Positions 6,997-16,296 of a DNA stretch of 64,000 bases are shown here, piece after piece (the first letter of the stretch is position 1; the number at the start of each line of letters is the position of its first letter). This stretch comes from Bacteroidia bacterium (GTDB taxonomy: Bacteria > Bacteroidota > Bacteroidia > Bacteroidales > VadinHA17), in contig JBGOZX010000005.1 in NCBI GenBank assembly GCA_041480425.1, forward strand, positions 2,568-66,567, written 5' to 3'. The notes beneath the pieces are model-generated. The model worked only from the letters and a program-made list of their open reading frames with translations, made no database searches and was not told the DNA's origin. Made by a program: the position numbers and the translations under genes.

Positions 6997-9930
6997 TTGG
7001 ATTCTAAAACTACAGAAAATAAAAAGCACTTCGCACTGATTCTGACCCACCACAGGCTGTGGGGATCGATATTAATCCCGTATATTATTAATATTGAGCC
7101 TTATAAGAATTATTTTAAATTATCAGAATGTCTCTCACCTTACCAGTCGGATGATACCCTGAGCTATCTGAACGATGAAGAAAGAGAACTTGTCAGGATC
7201 ATCAATGAATATACAGACAGGAATCTGTTCAAGTTTTATTCAAAAGAAAACTCAGTTAAAGATTTTCTTGCCAAGGTTACATTCGAAAAAATTGAAAAAT
7301 TTATCAGGCCTCATATAGAAAAGAGAATTTATAAGTGTCTGATTATCGCAAGAGAAGAAACGATTCCCTGTTTTTTCCAGAAAACAAAATCAAATACCCT
7401 GCATACTGTCGATCAACTTCATTTTTATGGTGAATCGGCTATACCTGTTTTCAGGTTTGAACGGAACAATGAACAGTTAATTTACTCTTTGAAAATTGAA
7501 GCAGAAGAAAAGATTATTGAACTTAAAGACAATCAGGTCGACATTTTGTGTAAGTCGCCGTGTCTGATCAGGGAACATGACAGAATATTTTTTATTTCGG
7601 ATATTGACGGATTAAAACTAAGACCCTTTCTTACAAAAGAACATATTCTGATTCCTAAAAACAGTGAACTTAAATATTTATCAGGTTTTGTTCTGAACGC
7701 AGTCAATAAATATAAAGTTGAAGGGACAGGTTTTGAAATAATTATTTCACAACCATTTAAAGAGGCACTTCTCAGCTTAGAGAACGGATTTAAAGGGATA
7801 CCGGTGCTCATTCTGAAATTTCGTTATTCAGGAAATGAAATTTTCGCCAACGATACCGATCATTCATTCACATCTTTCGAAAGGAATGATGGCAAGTATA
7901 TCTACAGAAAATATTTCAGGGATTTTAACTGGGAGACACGATGCAAAGAAAAACTTGAAGAAATGGGGTTCTTTTCGGACGATGAGATACATTATAAATA
8001 TCATCAAATATCAGACGACCGTGATGAAGATACCTATACACTGATTGAAGCTGTCAACCGTAATTATTCCGAAATTATTGAATCAGGTTTTATTCTGACT
8101 TCGAAACTTGACCTGAATTATAATTTAGGGCCGGTCAATATTGAGATTAGCAGCCAAATAGAAAATGACTGGTTTGATCTGCTGGCAATAGTTAAAATCG
8201 GGGGTTGGGAGATTCCGTTTATCCGTTTTAAAAGAAATATCCTGGAAGGAATCAGGGAATATGAGTTGCCTGACGGTTCAGTAGCAATCCTCCCTGGATT
8301 ATGGTTCCCTAAATACAGATCAATTTTTGAGTTTGGAAAGATCTCCGGTGACTCCCTCAATATCCATAAGCAACATTTCTCACTCTTGTCAGGTGCAATA
8401 GAGGAGAATGAATCGGAAGGATATAAAAAGCTTGAAAAACTTCTGAACCCCGAACAGTTACAAACCATTCAGCCTCCCATGGGATTGAATTGCAAGATGA
8501 GAAAATATCAGGTTGAAGGGCTGAATTGGATGTACTGGCTTCAGACCTCCGGACTTGGTGGATGCCTTGCGGATGATATGGGACTCGGGAAAACAATTCA
8601 GGCTCTGGCTCTTCTTCAATATAATATTGAAAATTTAAAACCACAGTTCAGACCAGTGATTAATACTGGTCTTACCCTTTTCGATACACCTCCCCAGAGT
8701 TTTACCTCCATGATAATTGTTCCGGCTTCACTCATACATAACTGGCAAAATGAGATAAGACGATTTGCTTCCGGCATGAAAGTTTTTTGTTACACAGGTA
8801 CCCAGAGAAAAAAAACCTTATCTCTGTTTAATTCTTTCGATATTATTTTGTCAAGTTATCACACAATACGCCAAGACATTGACACAATAAGCACTTTTAC
8901 CTTTCATTATATTATTCTTGACGAGAGCCAGTCAATAAAAAATCCGGCTTCCCTTCTTTTCAAATCGATGATAAGACTTAAATCTGATTACAAACTTGTA
9001 CTGACGGGAACACCTATTGAAAACTCCCTCACTGACCTCTGGACCCAGATGAATTTTATTAATCCAGGATTACTGGGCAATCTTAACTTTTACCGTAAAG
9101 AGTACGCAAAACCCATTGATAGGGACAGGGATGATGATAAGGAATTAAAATTAAAAAAGATAATTCAACCATTTATCTTAAGACGTACCAAAGAGATGGT
9201 CGCCACAGATCTTCCCCCTGTAACTGAACAGACGGTATTTTGTGATATGACAGATGAGCAGATAAAAATTTATGAAGAAGAAAAATCATCTGTAAGAAAT
9301 ACTATTCTTAAAAGTATGGGCGATGACAGGTCTGAGGAAACCTCTATCGCACTTCTTCAAGGGCTGATGAGACTGAGACAGATATCTAACCACCCGGTAA
9401 TGGTGCATGAAGAATATTCAGCATGTTCGGGAAAATTTGAAACTGTGCTTCAGGATATTGATAGTGTTTTATCTGAGGGACATAAAATACTTATTTTTTC
9501 ATCATTTGTCAAACACCTTAACCTTTTTGCAGAAGTCCTTACCAAAAAAAGAATTAGTTTTTCTTTGTTGACCGGAGCCAGTACAAACAGGGAAAAGATT
9601 GTGAGCACATTTCAGAATGACCCTTTGAACAAGGTATTTCTTATCTCGATCAAGGCAGGAGGCGTAGGGCTTAATCTTACTGCAGCCGATTATGTATTTA
9701 TTCTTGATCCATGGTGGAATCCGGCAACAGAAATGCAGGCAATGAACCGGGCTCACAGGATTGGTCAGGAAAAAAGTGTCTTTGTTTACCGATATATTTC
9801 TACAGGTAGTATCGAAGAAAAAATAACAAAGCTGCAGGAAAAAAAATCTAGGCTTGCTGACTCCTTTGTCCGGAGTAATAATCCTTTGCAAGATATTGAT
9901 ATCAACCAGATCCTTGAGATAATCGATTAA
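6997..9930 (+). CDS. SNF2-family DEAD/DEAH-box helicase with a large uncharacterised N-terminal region
   Basis: Motifs LADDMGLGKTIQ, DESQSIKN, TGTPIEN and the helicase-C motif QAMNRAHRIGQ. The track ORF starts at 6697 but overlaps dinB. There is no in-frame ATG after dinB, so the in-frame TTG at 6997 is proposed as the start; this is uncertain. Confidence 0.8.
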   Translation: MDSKTTENKKHFALILTHHRLWGSILIPYIINIEPYKNYFKLSECLSPYQSDDTLSYLNDEERELVRIINEYTDRNLFKFYSKENSVKDFLAKVTFEKIEKFIRPHIEKRIYKCLIIAREETIPCFFQKTKSNTLHTVDQLHFYGESAIPVFRFERNNEQLIYSLKIEAEEKIIELKDNQVDILCKSPCLIREHDRIFFISDIDGLKLRPFLTKEHILIPKNSELKYLSGFVLNAVNKYKVEGTGFEIIISQPFKEALLSLENGFKGIPVLILKFRYSGNEIFANDTDHSFTSFERNDGKYIYRKYFRDFNWETRCKEKLEEMGFFSDDEIHYKYHQISDDRDEDTYTLIEAVNRNYSEIIESGFILTSKLDLNYNLGPVNIEISSQIENDWFDLLAIVKIGGWEIPFIRFKRNILEGIREYELPDGSVAILPGLWFPKYRSIFEFGKISGDSLNIHKQHFSLLSGAIEENESEGYKKLEKLLNPEQLQTIQPPMGLNCKMRKYQVEGLNWMYWLQTSGLGGCLADDMGLGKTIQALALLQYNIENLKPQFRPVINTGLTLFDTPPQSFTSMIIVPASLIHNWQNEIRRFASGMKVFCYTGTQRKKTLSLFNSFDIILSSYHTIRQDIDTISTFTFHYIILDESQSIKNPASLLFKSMIRLKSDYKLVLTGTPIENSLTDLWTQMNFINPGLLGNLNFYRKEYAKPIDRDRDDDKELKLKKIIQPFILRRTKEMVATDLPPVTEQTVFCDMTDEQIKIYEEEKSSVRNTILKSMGDDRSEETSIALLQGLMRLRQISNHPVMVHEEYSACSGKFETVLQDIDSVLSEGHKILIFSSFVKHLNLFAEVLTKKRISFSLLTGASTNREKIVSTFQNDPLNKVFLISIKAGGVGLNLTAADYVFILDPWWNPATEMQAMNRAHRIGQEKSVFVYRYISTGSIEEKITKLQEKKSRLADSFVRSNNPLQDIDINQILEIID

Positions 9931-9938
9931 TATTTAAA

Positions 9939-9990
9939 CTTTTAACCCGCCTCTAACCCACCGATCAATCGGAGTATGCTCTCCCAGGAG
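9939..9990 (+). repeat. Dispersed intergenic repeat, family 1, copy 1
   Basis: CTTTTAACCCGCCTCTAACCCACCGATCAATCGGAGTATGCTCTCCCAGGAG. By hand count, about 41 of 52 positions are identical without gaps to the reverse complement of 14694-14745. Confidence 0.65.
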
Positions 9991-10017
9991 GGGAACTTTA
10001 ATACCAGTTTTCTCTTT

Positions 10018-10992
10018 TTACTTTTTACTTTTTACTTTTACCTTTTGACTTTCCATCCAGGCAACCTTCAGCTCCGGCTTATGCTCCTTTCCGATAATAT
10101 CCCTGTAAAGTTCAGGTCTTCTTGATTTTATGTATCTGTATCCACCAGCCCTGGTAAGCTTTTCAGGTGTCAATATTGTAGTAACAATATCATCACCCAG
10201 TTTCCGGCATTCGGCTATAATATCTCCGAACGGATCTATGATCATTGAACAACCGTTTTTTAACTGATCATCATCCATACCGATCGGATTTGAAAAAATT
10301 ACATAAACAGCGTTATCATAAGCTCGTGCGGGGAGCCACTTCATCAGCCATTCCCTACCCTTCCGACCGTCAAATTCCAATCGCAATGAATTGGGATCAT
10401 TTTCCCTGTTTTTCCATAACTCAGGATCAACAAAACCGGCACCCGGACGTGGTGACGGAGTGCACATTGTGACGTGAGGCATAAAAATTATTTTTGCACC
10501 CAGCAGAGTTGTTGCCCTTACATTTTCAATCACATTGTTATCATAGCAAATCAATATTCCGCACTTCCACCCATGAAGATCAAAAACGGAATATTGGTCA
10601 CCAGGAGTAATGTGAGAATTTATAAAAGGATGTAATTTCCGGTGTTTTGCTATCAACCCATTTTTGTCAACGCAAACATAAGCTTTATATATTTTATTAT
10701 TTTTATCCTTTTCAAAAAGTCCTGCAAGAATTGTAATATTATGTTTTCCTGAGATTTGCGAAAGTTTTGCTATACTATCTCCCTCCGGGACATACTCTGC
10801 CAATTCAAGCATTTGCTCTTTCGAAAGTTTTCTGGCGAATGTATATCCGGTAATTGAACATTCATGAAAAGCAATAACCTGTGAGCCTTCGAGAGCTGCC
10901 TTTTTTGCCAGGTTTTCAATAACTGACAAATTATAAACTTTATCGCCACTTCTGTTTTCAAATTGTGCTGTCGAAATTTTTAATTTTTTCAT
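10018..10992 (-). CDS. Carbon-nitrogen hydrolase (nitrilase superfamily)
   Basis: The E-K-C triad is in context: FHECSITGY, HRKLHPF, CGILICYDN. Confidence 0.85.
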   Translation of the reverse strand: MKKLKISTAQFENRSGDKVYNLSVIENLAKKAALEGSQVIAFHECSITGYTFARKLSKEQMLELAEYVPEGDSIAKLSQISGKHNITILAGLFEKDKNNKIYKAYVCVDKNGLIAKHRKLHPFINSHITPGDQYSVFDLHGWKCGILICYDNNVIENVRATTLLGAKIIFMPHVTMCTPSPRPGAGFVDPELWKNRENDPNSLRLEFDGRKGREWLMKWLPARAYDNAVYVIFSNPIGMDDDQLKNGCSMIIDPFGDIIAECRKLGDDIVTTILTPEKLTRAGGYRYIKSRRPELYRDIIGKEHKPELKVAWMESQKVKVKSKK

Positions 10993-11009
10993 ATCTCTTT
11001 AAATGAAAA

Positions 11010-11032
11010 GGCCGGTATCACTGATACCGGCC
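11010..11032 (-). terminator. Rho-independent terminator of hydCBA
   Basis: Perfect 10-bp stem GGCCGGTATC/GATACCGGCC with a 3-nt loop. On the minus strand it is followed by TTTTCATTT, 22 nt after the hydA stop. Confidence 0.7.
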
Positions 11033-11053
11033 CTTAATTTAATCAATTTTTTC

Positions 11054-12835
11054 TTAATAGTTTTCGCGCTCTACATAATGTGTATGCAGAAGTTTGTGCG
11101 ATTTATGGCTGTTTGGTCTATCGAGGAATTCCTTATAAATAGCTATTACATCCGGATTTTCGTGCGATTTACGCAGAACCATATGCTCATCTTCCGAGTA
11201 AATAGCTTTCATACGCTTTTGTCTGATCTCCATGCTGGTAGGAATAGGCTGTCCTCCACCACCAATGCAACCACCCGGGCAAGCCATTATTTCCACAAAA
11301 TGATATGGAGATTTCCCCTGCCTTACCAGTTTCATAACCTTATTGGCATTTACCAGTCCATGTGCTATTGCAACTTTCAGCTCTACTCCTTCAAGGAATT
11401 TCCAGTCATCAACACACCCTTCGATTTTGATTGTTGCTTCCTTAACACCATCCATACCGCGGACAGGAGTAATATTAAGATTACTAAATGGAACTTCACG
11501 ACCCGTAACTATTTCATAAGCTGTACGTAAAGCAGCTTCCATAACTCCACCGGTAGCTCCAAATATTACACCTGCTCCGGTTGAATCACCCATAATTGAA
11601 TCATAATGAACAGGCCCAAGGTTCCTGAAATCGATACCTGCCTGCTTTATCATAACAGCAAGTTCACGGGTTGTAAGTACATAATCCACATCCTTGAATC
11701 CGCTGGCTCTCATTTCAGGCCTGTCAGCTTCAAATTTCTTGGCTGTGCACGGCATCACTGATACAGATACGATCCTGGAAGGATCAATTCTCCTTTTCTG
11801 AGCGTAGAATGTCTTGGCAAGAGCACCAAACATCTGCTGAGGAGATTTGCATGTTGACAAGTTCGGAAGAAATTCAGGGTACTTATGTTCTATGAATTTT
11901 ATCCAACCCGGGGAACATGATGTGAACATCGGAAGTGAAACTTTCTTATCTCCGTCAACGAGAGCTTTTTTCAGCCTGATCAGGAGTTCTGTACCTTCCT
12001 CCATGATTGTGAGATCAGCGCTGAAATCTGTATCAAGAACCGAATTGAATCCCAGCTGTTTCAGGGCATTCACCATTTTACCGGTTACCCTTTCGCCAGG
12101 ATCATATCCCAGGTCCTCGCCAAGTGCAACCCTTACAGCTGGTGCTGTTTGCACAACAACGTGTTTATCAGGGTCATAGATAGCATCCCAAACCTGGTCG
12201 ATATATGTTTTTTCAACCAGGGCTCCGGTGGGACAACGGTTTACACACTGTCCGCAATTAGTGCAGACAACATGGCTCATGGGCCTGTCGTGAAATGATG
12301 AAATTTTCTGATGAGCTCCTTTGTTGGCAACAGCTATTGCCGAGATGTACTGTAACTCAGAACATGTTCTGACGCAACGCTGGCAACGGATACATTTGCT
12401 GTCATCCTTAACAAAGGAAGGTGATGATCTGTCAATATTATATTTATGATCTTCAACGAGATCAAGGAAAATAGTATCCCCGAAGGCAAATTCATTTGCC
12501 AGAGCCTGCAATTCGCAGTTCTGATTTTTATAGCATTTCGTACAATCGGATCTGTGCTCGGTAAGAAGCAGTTCCACAACGTGTTTTCGTGCATTCCTTA
12601 CTTTAAGTGTATTGGTATGGATATCCATACCTTCAGAAACCGGCATTGCACAGGCTGCAATAAGAGTTCTTGCACCCTTTTGTTCTACAAGGCAAACACG
12701 ACAGTTACCGGCAACACACAGGTCAGCATGATTACACAGGGTTGGTATATTGATTTTTAGTGTCTTTGCGGCTGCAAGAACTGTTGTTCCTGCAGTAACA
12801 GAAACCTTCTGGTCATTTATAGTCAGATTTATCAT
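11054..12835 (-). CDS. hydA: [FeFe] hydrogenase catalytic subunit (group A, NuoEF-associated)
   Basis: N-terminal 2Fe-2S fold, ferredoxin-like CxxCxxCxxxC motifs, and the H-cluster signatures TSCSPGW, MPCTAKKFE and EIMACPGGCIGGGGQP. Confidence 0.95.
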   Translation of the reverse strand: MINLTINDQKVSVTAGTTVLAAAKTLKINIPTLCNHADLCVAGNCRVCLVEQKGARTLIAACAMPVSEGMDIHTNTLKVRNARKHVVELLLTEHRSDCTKCYKNQNCELQALANEFAFGDTIFLDLVEDHKYNIDRSSPSFVKDDSKCIRCQRCVRTCSELQYISAIAVANKGAHQKISSFHDRPMSHVVCTNCGQCVNRCPTGALVEKTYIDQVWDAIYDPDKHVVVQTAPAVRVALGEDLGYDPGERVTGKMVNALKQLGFNSVLDTDFSADLTIMEEGTELLIRLKKALVDGDKKVSLPMFTSCSPGWIKFIEHKYPEFLPNLSTCKSPQQMFGALAKTFYAQKRRIDPSRIVSVSVMPCTAKKFEADRPEMRASGFKDVDYVLTTRELAVMIKQAGIDFRNLGPVHYDSIMGDSTGAGVIFGATGGVMEAALRTAYEIVTGREVPFSNLNITPVRGMDGVKEATIKIEGCVDDWKFLEGVELKVAIAHGLVNANKVMKLVRQGKSPYHFVEIMACPGGCIGGGGQPIPTSMEIRQKRMKAIYSEDEHMVLRKSHENPDVIAIYKEFLDRPNSHKSHKLLHTHYVERENY

Positions 12836-12859
12836 AACTTTCTGTTTTTCAATTTAAAA

Positions 12860-14020
12860 TTAGTAGATGATCTCTTCCTTAAAGTTCTCAACAATGGTTC
12901 GGAAAGCATTGCCAACAGACTGTCCAAGACCACATTTTGAGGCAATTTTCATTGTATCGGCAAGCTTAACCAATTCATTCAGATATGTTGATTTAGCTTC
13001 ACCTTTCTTAACTTTTTCAACACCTTTAAGAAGTTGCTGGCAGCCTACCCTGCAGGGGGTACATTGTCCGCAAGACTCCTCAGCAAAAAAGTCGAGATAG
13101 TTATGAAGTACATTATACATTGATCTTGAGCTGTTGAAAAGCTTCATTGAACCACCGGTCGGTACACCTTCAAAGCCGATTATAGTATCAGTGAATTTTT
13201 TTCTTGGTACACAAAAGCCGGAAGCACCTCCAACCTGGACCGCTTTTGTATCTCCATCTCCGAATTCATTTACGAACTGCTGTACCGACATACCCAGCTC
13301 AAGTTCAAATATACCCGGTGTTGGTGTGTCCCCTGAAACTGAGAATACTTTTGATCCCCTGGAATCTTTTGTTCCAAGCCGATTGTATGCAGCAGAACCA
13401 TGCTTAATAATCATCAATGCAGAAACCAGTGTTTCCACATTGTTAATTGAAGTCGGCTTACCGAAAACACCTGATGTTGTTGGATAAGGAGGTTTGTTAC
13501 GTGGTTCTCCACGGTCTCCCTGTATTGATTCAAAAAGGGCACTCTCTTCACCGCATATGTATGCGCCGCTTCCAAGACAATACCTGATTTTAAATTCATA
13601 CCCTAACTCATCAACAAGCTTATGGAATAATTCAAGTTCCTTCATCAACTGAGGAAGCAGAAACCTGTATTCACCTCTGAGATAAACTATTCCATTCTTA
13701 GCGCCAATTGCTTTACCGGCAATAGCCATCCCACCATAAACCTTATATGATACCCTGTCGAGGATCTCACGGTCTTTAAATGTACCTGGCTCACCCTCAT
13801 CAGCGTTGCATACTATGTACTTAACAGGTTCCTTTTCAACTGCTGTATATTTCCATTTCAATCCGGTCGGGAATCCGGCTCCTCCGCGTCCTTTCAATCC
13901 TGATTCGAGTACCTGCTGAATGATCTCTTCTCTACTCATCTTAAAGGCTTTTATCAAAACCTCCTTCAGATCAATCTTCTCGAATATAAGATCTACCTTA
14001 TTTAGTCCTTTGTTTTCCAT
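12860..14020 (-). CDS. hydB: NuoF-like NAD(H)/FMN-binding hydrogenase subunit (short form)
   Basis: GRGGAGFPTGLKW, NADEGEPGTFKDR, and the N3-type cluster motif ESCGQCTPCR...KCGLG. At 386 aa it has no extra Cys-rich ferredoxin domains at either end. Confidence 0.9.
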   Translation of the reverse strand: MENKGLNKVDLIFEKIDLKEVLIKAFKMSREEIIQQVLESGLKGRGGAGFPTGLKWKYTAVEKEPVKYIVCNADEGEPGTFKDREILDRVSYKVYGGMAIAGKAIGAKNGIVYLRGEYRFLLPQLMKELELFHKLVDELGYEFKIRYCLGSGAYICGEESALFESIQGDRGEPRNKPPYPTTSGVFGKPTSINNVETLVSALMIIKHGSAAYNRLGTKDSRGSKVFSVSGDTPTPGIFELELGMSVQQFVNEFGDGDTKAVQVGGASGFCVPRKKFTDTIIGFEGVPTGGSMKLFNSSRSMYNVLHNYLDFFAEESCGQCTPCRVGCQQLLKGVEKVKKGEAKSTYLNELVKLADTMKIASKCGLGQSVGNAFRTIVENFKEEIIY

Positions 14021-14037
14021 GATCTAACCGGATATTA

Positions 14038-14502
14038 TTATTTTTGCATATAATTTTTAATTATTTCTGCCACTTTTTCAGGTGTAAGCTCAGTAAAAGG
14101 AATTTCATTTATCAATATTGCAGGAGCTTTATGACACCACCCTATACAGTTTGTTTCAATCAGACTGAATAATCTGTCTGAAGTTGTTTCTCCAATTTTT
14201 ATCTTAAGCATATCTTCAAGGGTTTGAATGATATCTCCCTTTCCCTTCATGGAGCATGTGATGGTTTTACATATCCTTATTACATATTTACCTCTCACCT
14301 TCGTGTCGAGAAAAGTATAAAAAGAAGCTGTTCCGTAAACCTCAGCCGCTGAAATATCGAGTTCTTTCGCAACTTCTACCATTGCCTCGTCATTAAGGTA
14401 ATTGTGTTTATCCACTATCCCCTGAAGTATAGGCAAAAGGTTCTCTCTAGCGCGACCATGTTTGTCGGTCAATTTCTTTACCAGATTTCCTACTTGATAC
14501 AT
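14038..14502 (-). CDS. hydC: NuoE-like [2Fe-2S] hydrogenase subunit
   Basis: Thioredoxin-like 2Fe-2S pattern ICKTITCSMKG...CIGWCHKAP; 154 aa, immediately upstream of hydB. Confidence 0.9.
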   Translation of the reverse strand: MYQVGNLVKKLTDKHGRARENLLPILQGIVDKHNYLNDEAMVEVAKELDISAAEVYGTASFYTFLDTKVRGKYVIRICKTITCSMKGKGDIIQTLEDMLKIKIGETTSDRLFSLIETNCIGWCHKAPAILINEIPFTELTPEKVAEIIKNYMQK

Positions 14503-14565
14503 TTCTTATTGATTTTTAGGTAATTAAATAATGTTTATACTACAATAAAAAGCTAATTAAAAGTG

Positions 14566-14583
14566 CTGTTAAATTAATAACAA
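14566..14583. promoter_or_regulatory. Candidate Rex operator (TGTTA-N6-TAACA variant) upstream of hydC
   Basis: CTGTTAAATTAATAACAA, 64-81 nt upstream of the hydC start. It matches 12 of 14 specified positions of the clostridial-type Rex consensus TTGTTAAnnnnTTAACAA. Confidence 0.4.
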
Positions 14584-14693
14584 TACTTTTTAAAAAAACC
14601 TTACATTAATCATAGTTTATAATTTAGAATGAAAATAAACAAAGGCGTAAAGGGGTAAAGGTGCATTGGTGCAAAAGTATATTAAAAAAATCC

Positions 14694-14745
14694 ATCCCGG
14701 GAGAGCCTGCCCCGATTTATCGGGGGGTTTGGGGTGGGTTAAAAG
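14694..14745 (-). repeat. Dispersed intergenic repeat, family 1, copy 2 (inverted orientation)
   Basis: The reverse complement CTTTTAACCCACCCCAAACCCCCCGATAAATCGGGGCAGGCTCTCCCGGGAT aligns with 9939-9990. It contains the CCCCGAT/ATCGGGG hairpin. Confidence 0.65.
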
Positions 14746-14933
14746 AAGTTGAAAAGTTGAGGTAAGTCTTGACGTCGGCTTTGCCTTCTGTCTTGTCCCA
14801 CTGCGTGGGACTGTCTTTAGGTCTTTTAAGTCTAAAAAGAATAAAGTCCCAAACAATAAAAGACAGGCCGAAGGCCGTAAAGACAGCAAAGAGTAAAGAC
14901 TTCAAGACTAATTAGACTACTACTTGAAAGACC

Positions 14934-16223
14934 TTATTTAGTTTTCTTAACTTCAATCTTACTAAGTAACGTAATATTCTGAATATTGGAATAACTGTAC
15001 TGGTACAAACCATCATCACCGACCATTACCAGAATATTCCCGATTGGAATCACATCGTAAGCATTTATATTCGGGTATGTATAGATAAGGTGATTTCCAA
15101 TTGTTTTTGGGTCAGAAGCATCAAATATTTTCAACCCGGCACTGCCGTCACAGATAAAAAGCAGATCACCATTTTTACCCAATCCATGAGGATTTACCAT
15201 GGAATATGACATTACAATAGAGGGATTAGTCAGATCCTTAACGTTGACAACATCAAGACAGTTCAGATTCCCGCCACAATTAGTTCCTGTCCTGAGAGTT
15301 ACATAAGCCAGTGTATCATCAACCACAACGGGATCGCAGCTCCTTGCATGCCTGAAAAATGTTCTTGATGTTGGTGAAAGAGGATTAGAAATGTCATAAA
15401 TTATCATACCTGTGGTCGTACCGAGGAACATATTGTCGCCGGAAAGGAACATTGTTTCAACACCCGAACCCGGATAGATATCATTGAACTTAACAGGACT
15501 GGTTTTATTGGAAATATCAAATATTTTTAGGTTACTCTGATCAACTATATATAATACTTTTTCTTTAATCCCGAATCTGGCCATTGATCCTCCGAATCCA
15601 ACGCCGCTGCCACTGACACCGGACGTGGTACCGGAGTAGTTTGATGCGTCAAGAAGAGCGAAGCCTCCTTTATAATAAATAGGCCAGGGATTGGGATTAG
15701 GATATACTTTTTCCCTGATAGTTTTCAATTCCCATTCAACAACAACTCCTTTTTTATTATCAACATAAGCCATAGGAAATTCATTTCCGGTGGGTGGAAC
15801 CGTATACGGGAGAATATCTTTTACCCTCCCAACCTCATGAATTTTGTCAATATTCTGAACATCCAGGATAACAAGGTCGACATAACTGTCGGCATACAAT
15901 ATATACCCGGAAATTGAGATATCGACAACTCCGGGCAATTTAACAAATGTCTTTTTTACAGGAGAAGCCGGATCAGTATTATCAAAAACATGAATTCCCT
16001 TAAGCTCCTCAACAATGAAGATATAGTTGTCTTTATAATATATCTTACCCGGATTGTTAAGTTCAACATTTTGCTCATTGGTGACTGATGATCTTAAATC
16101 AGTAAATGCCAGATAAACAGGCGCATTTCCTTTATATTCCATGTAAGTAGCATCCTCACAGGAATAAAAGAATATTGTAACTATTGACAATATTGCAATA
16201 ATTGGAATGATTTTTGCTTTCAT
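14934..16223 (-). CDS. LVIVD-repeat beta-propeller lipoprotein
   Basis: Lipoprotein signal (FFYSC). Repeated units DLVILDVQN, LKIFDISNKTSP, MIIYDISNPLSP and LKIFDASDPKT match the LVIVD repeat. Confidence 0.7.
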   Translation of the reverse strand: MKAKIIPIIAILSIVTIFFYSCEDATYMEYKGNAPVYLAFTDLRSSVTNEQNVELNNPGKIYYKDNYIFIVEELKGIHVFDNTDPASPVKKTFVKLPGVVDISISGYILYADSYVDLVILDVQNIDKIHEVGRVKDILPYTVPPTGNEFPMAYVDNKKGVVVEWELKTIREKVYPNPNPWPIYYKGGFALLDASNYSGTTSGVSGSGVGFGGSMARFGIKEKVLYIVDQSNLKIFDISNKTSPVKFNDIYPGSGVETMFLSGDNMFLGTTTGMIIYDISNPLSPTSRTFFRHARSCDPVVVDDTLAYVTLRTGTNCGGNLNCLDVVNVKDLTNPSIVMSYSMVNPHGLGKNGDLLFICDGSAGLKIFDASDPKTIGNHLIYTYPNINAYDVIPIGNILVMVGDDGLYQYSYSNIQNITLLSKIEVKKTK

Positions 16224-16296
16224 GAGAGGTAGGTTTTAGTTTCCTAAACTAAAACAAAAATCATGCTAAACTATTAACCTTTTAACCTATTTCATC

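Noticed and set aside
6997-9930. SNF2 helicase as part of a phage-defence system (DISARM/BREX/Zorya-like)
   Set aside because: No methyltransferase, PLD nuclease, DUF1998 or other partner gene is adjacent. The neighbours are dinB and a nitrilase-family gene, so it looks like a stand-alone RapA/HepA-like helicase.
10018-10050. CTTTTTA-type tandem repeat at the 3' end of the nitrilase-family gene, giving a KVKVKSKK tail
   Set aside because: It is a short low-complexity tail next to the family-1 repeat. There is no evidence of function, and it is probably a slippage-generated C-terminal extension.
11003-11530. 175-aa plus-strand ORF
   Set aside because: It is antisense to the 3' part of hydA, which has unambiguous H-cluster motifs, so it is spurious.
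14617-14905. Two overlapping minus-strand ORFs (90 and 62 aa) in the hydC upstream spacer
   Set aside because: They lie entirely in repeat and hairpin sequence (family-1 repeat and the GTCTTT words). They have no start context and no domain, and are judged non-coding.
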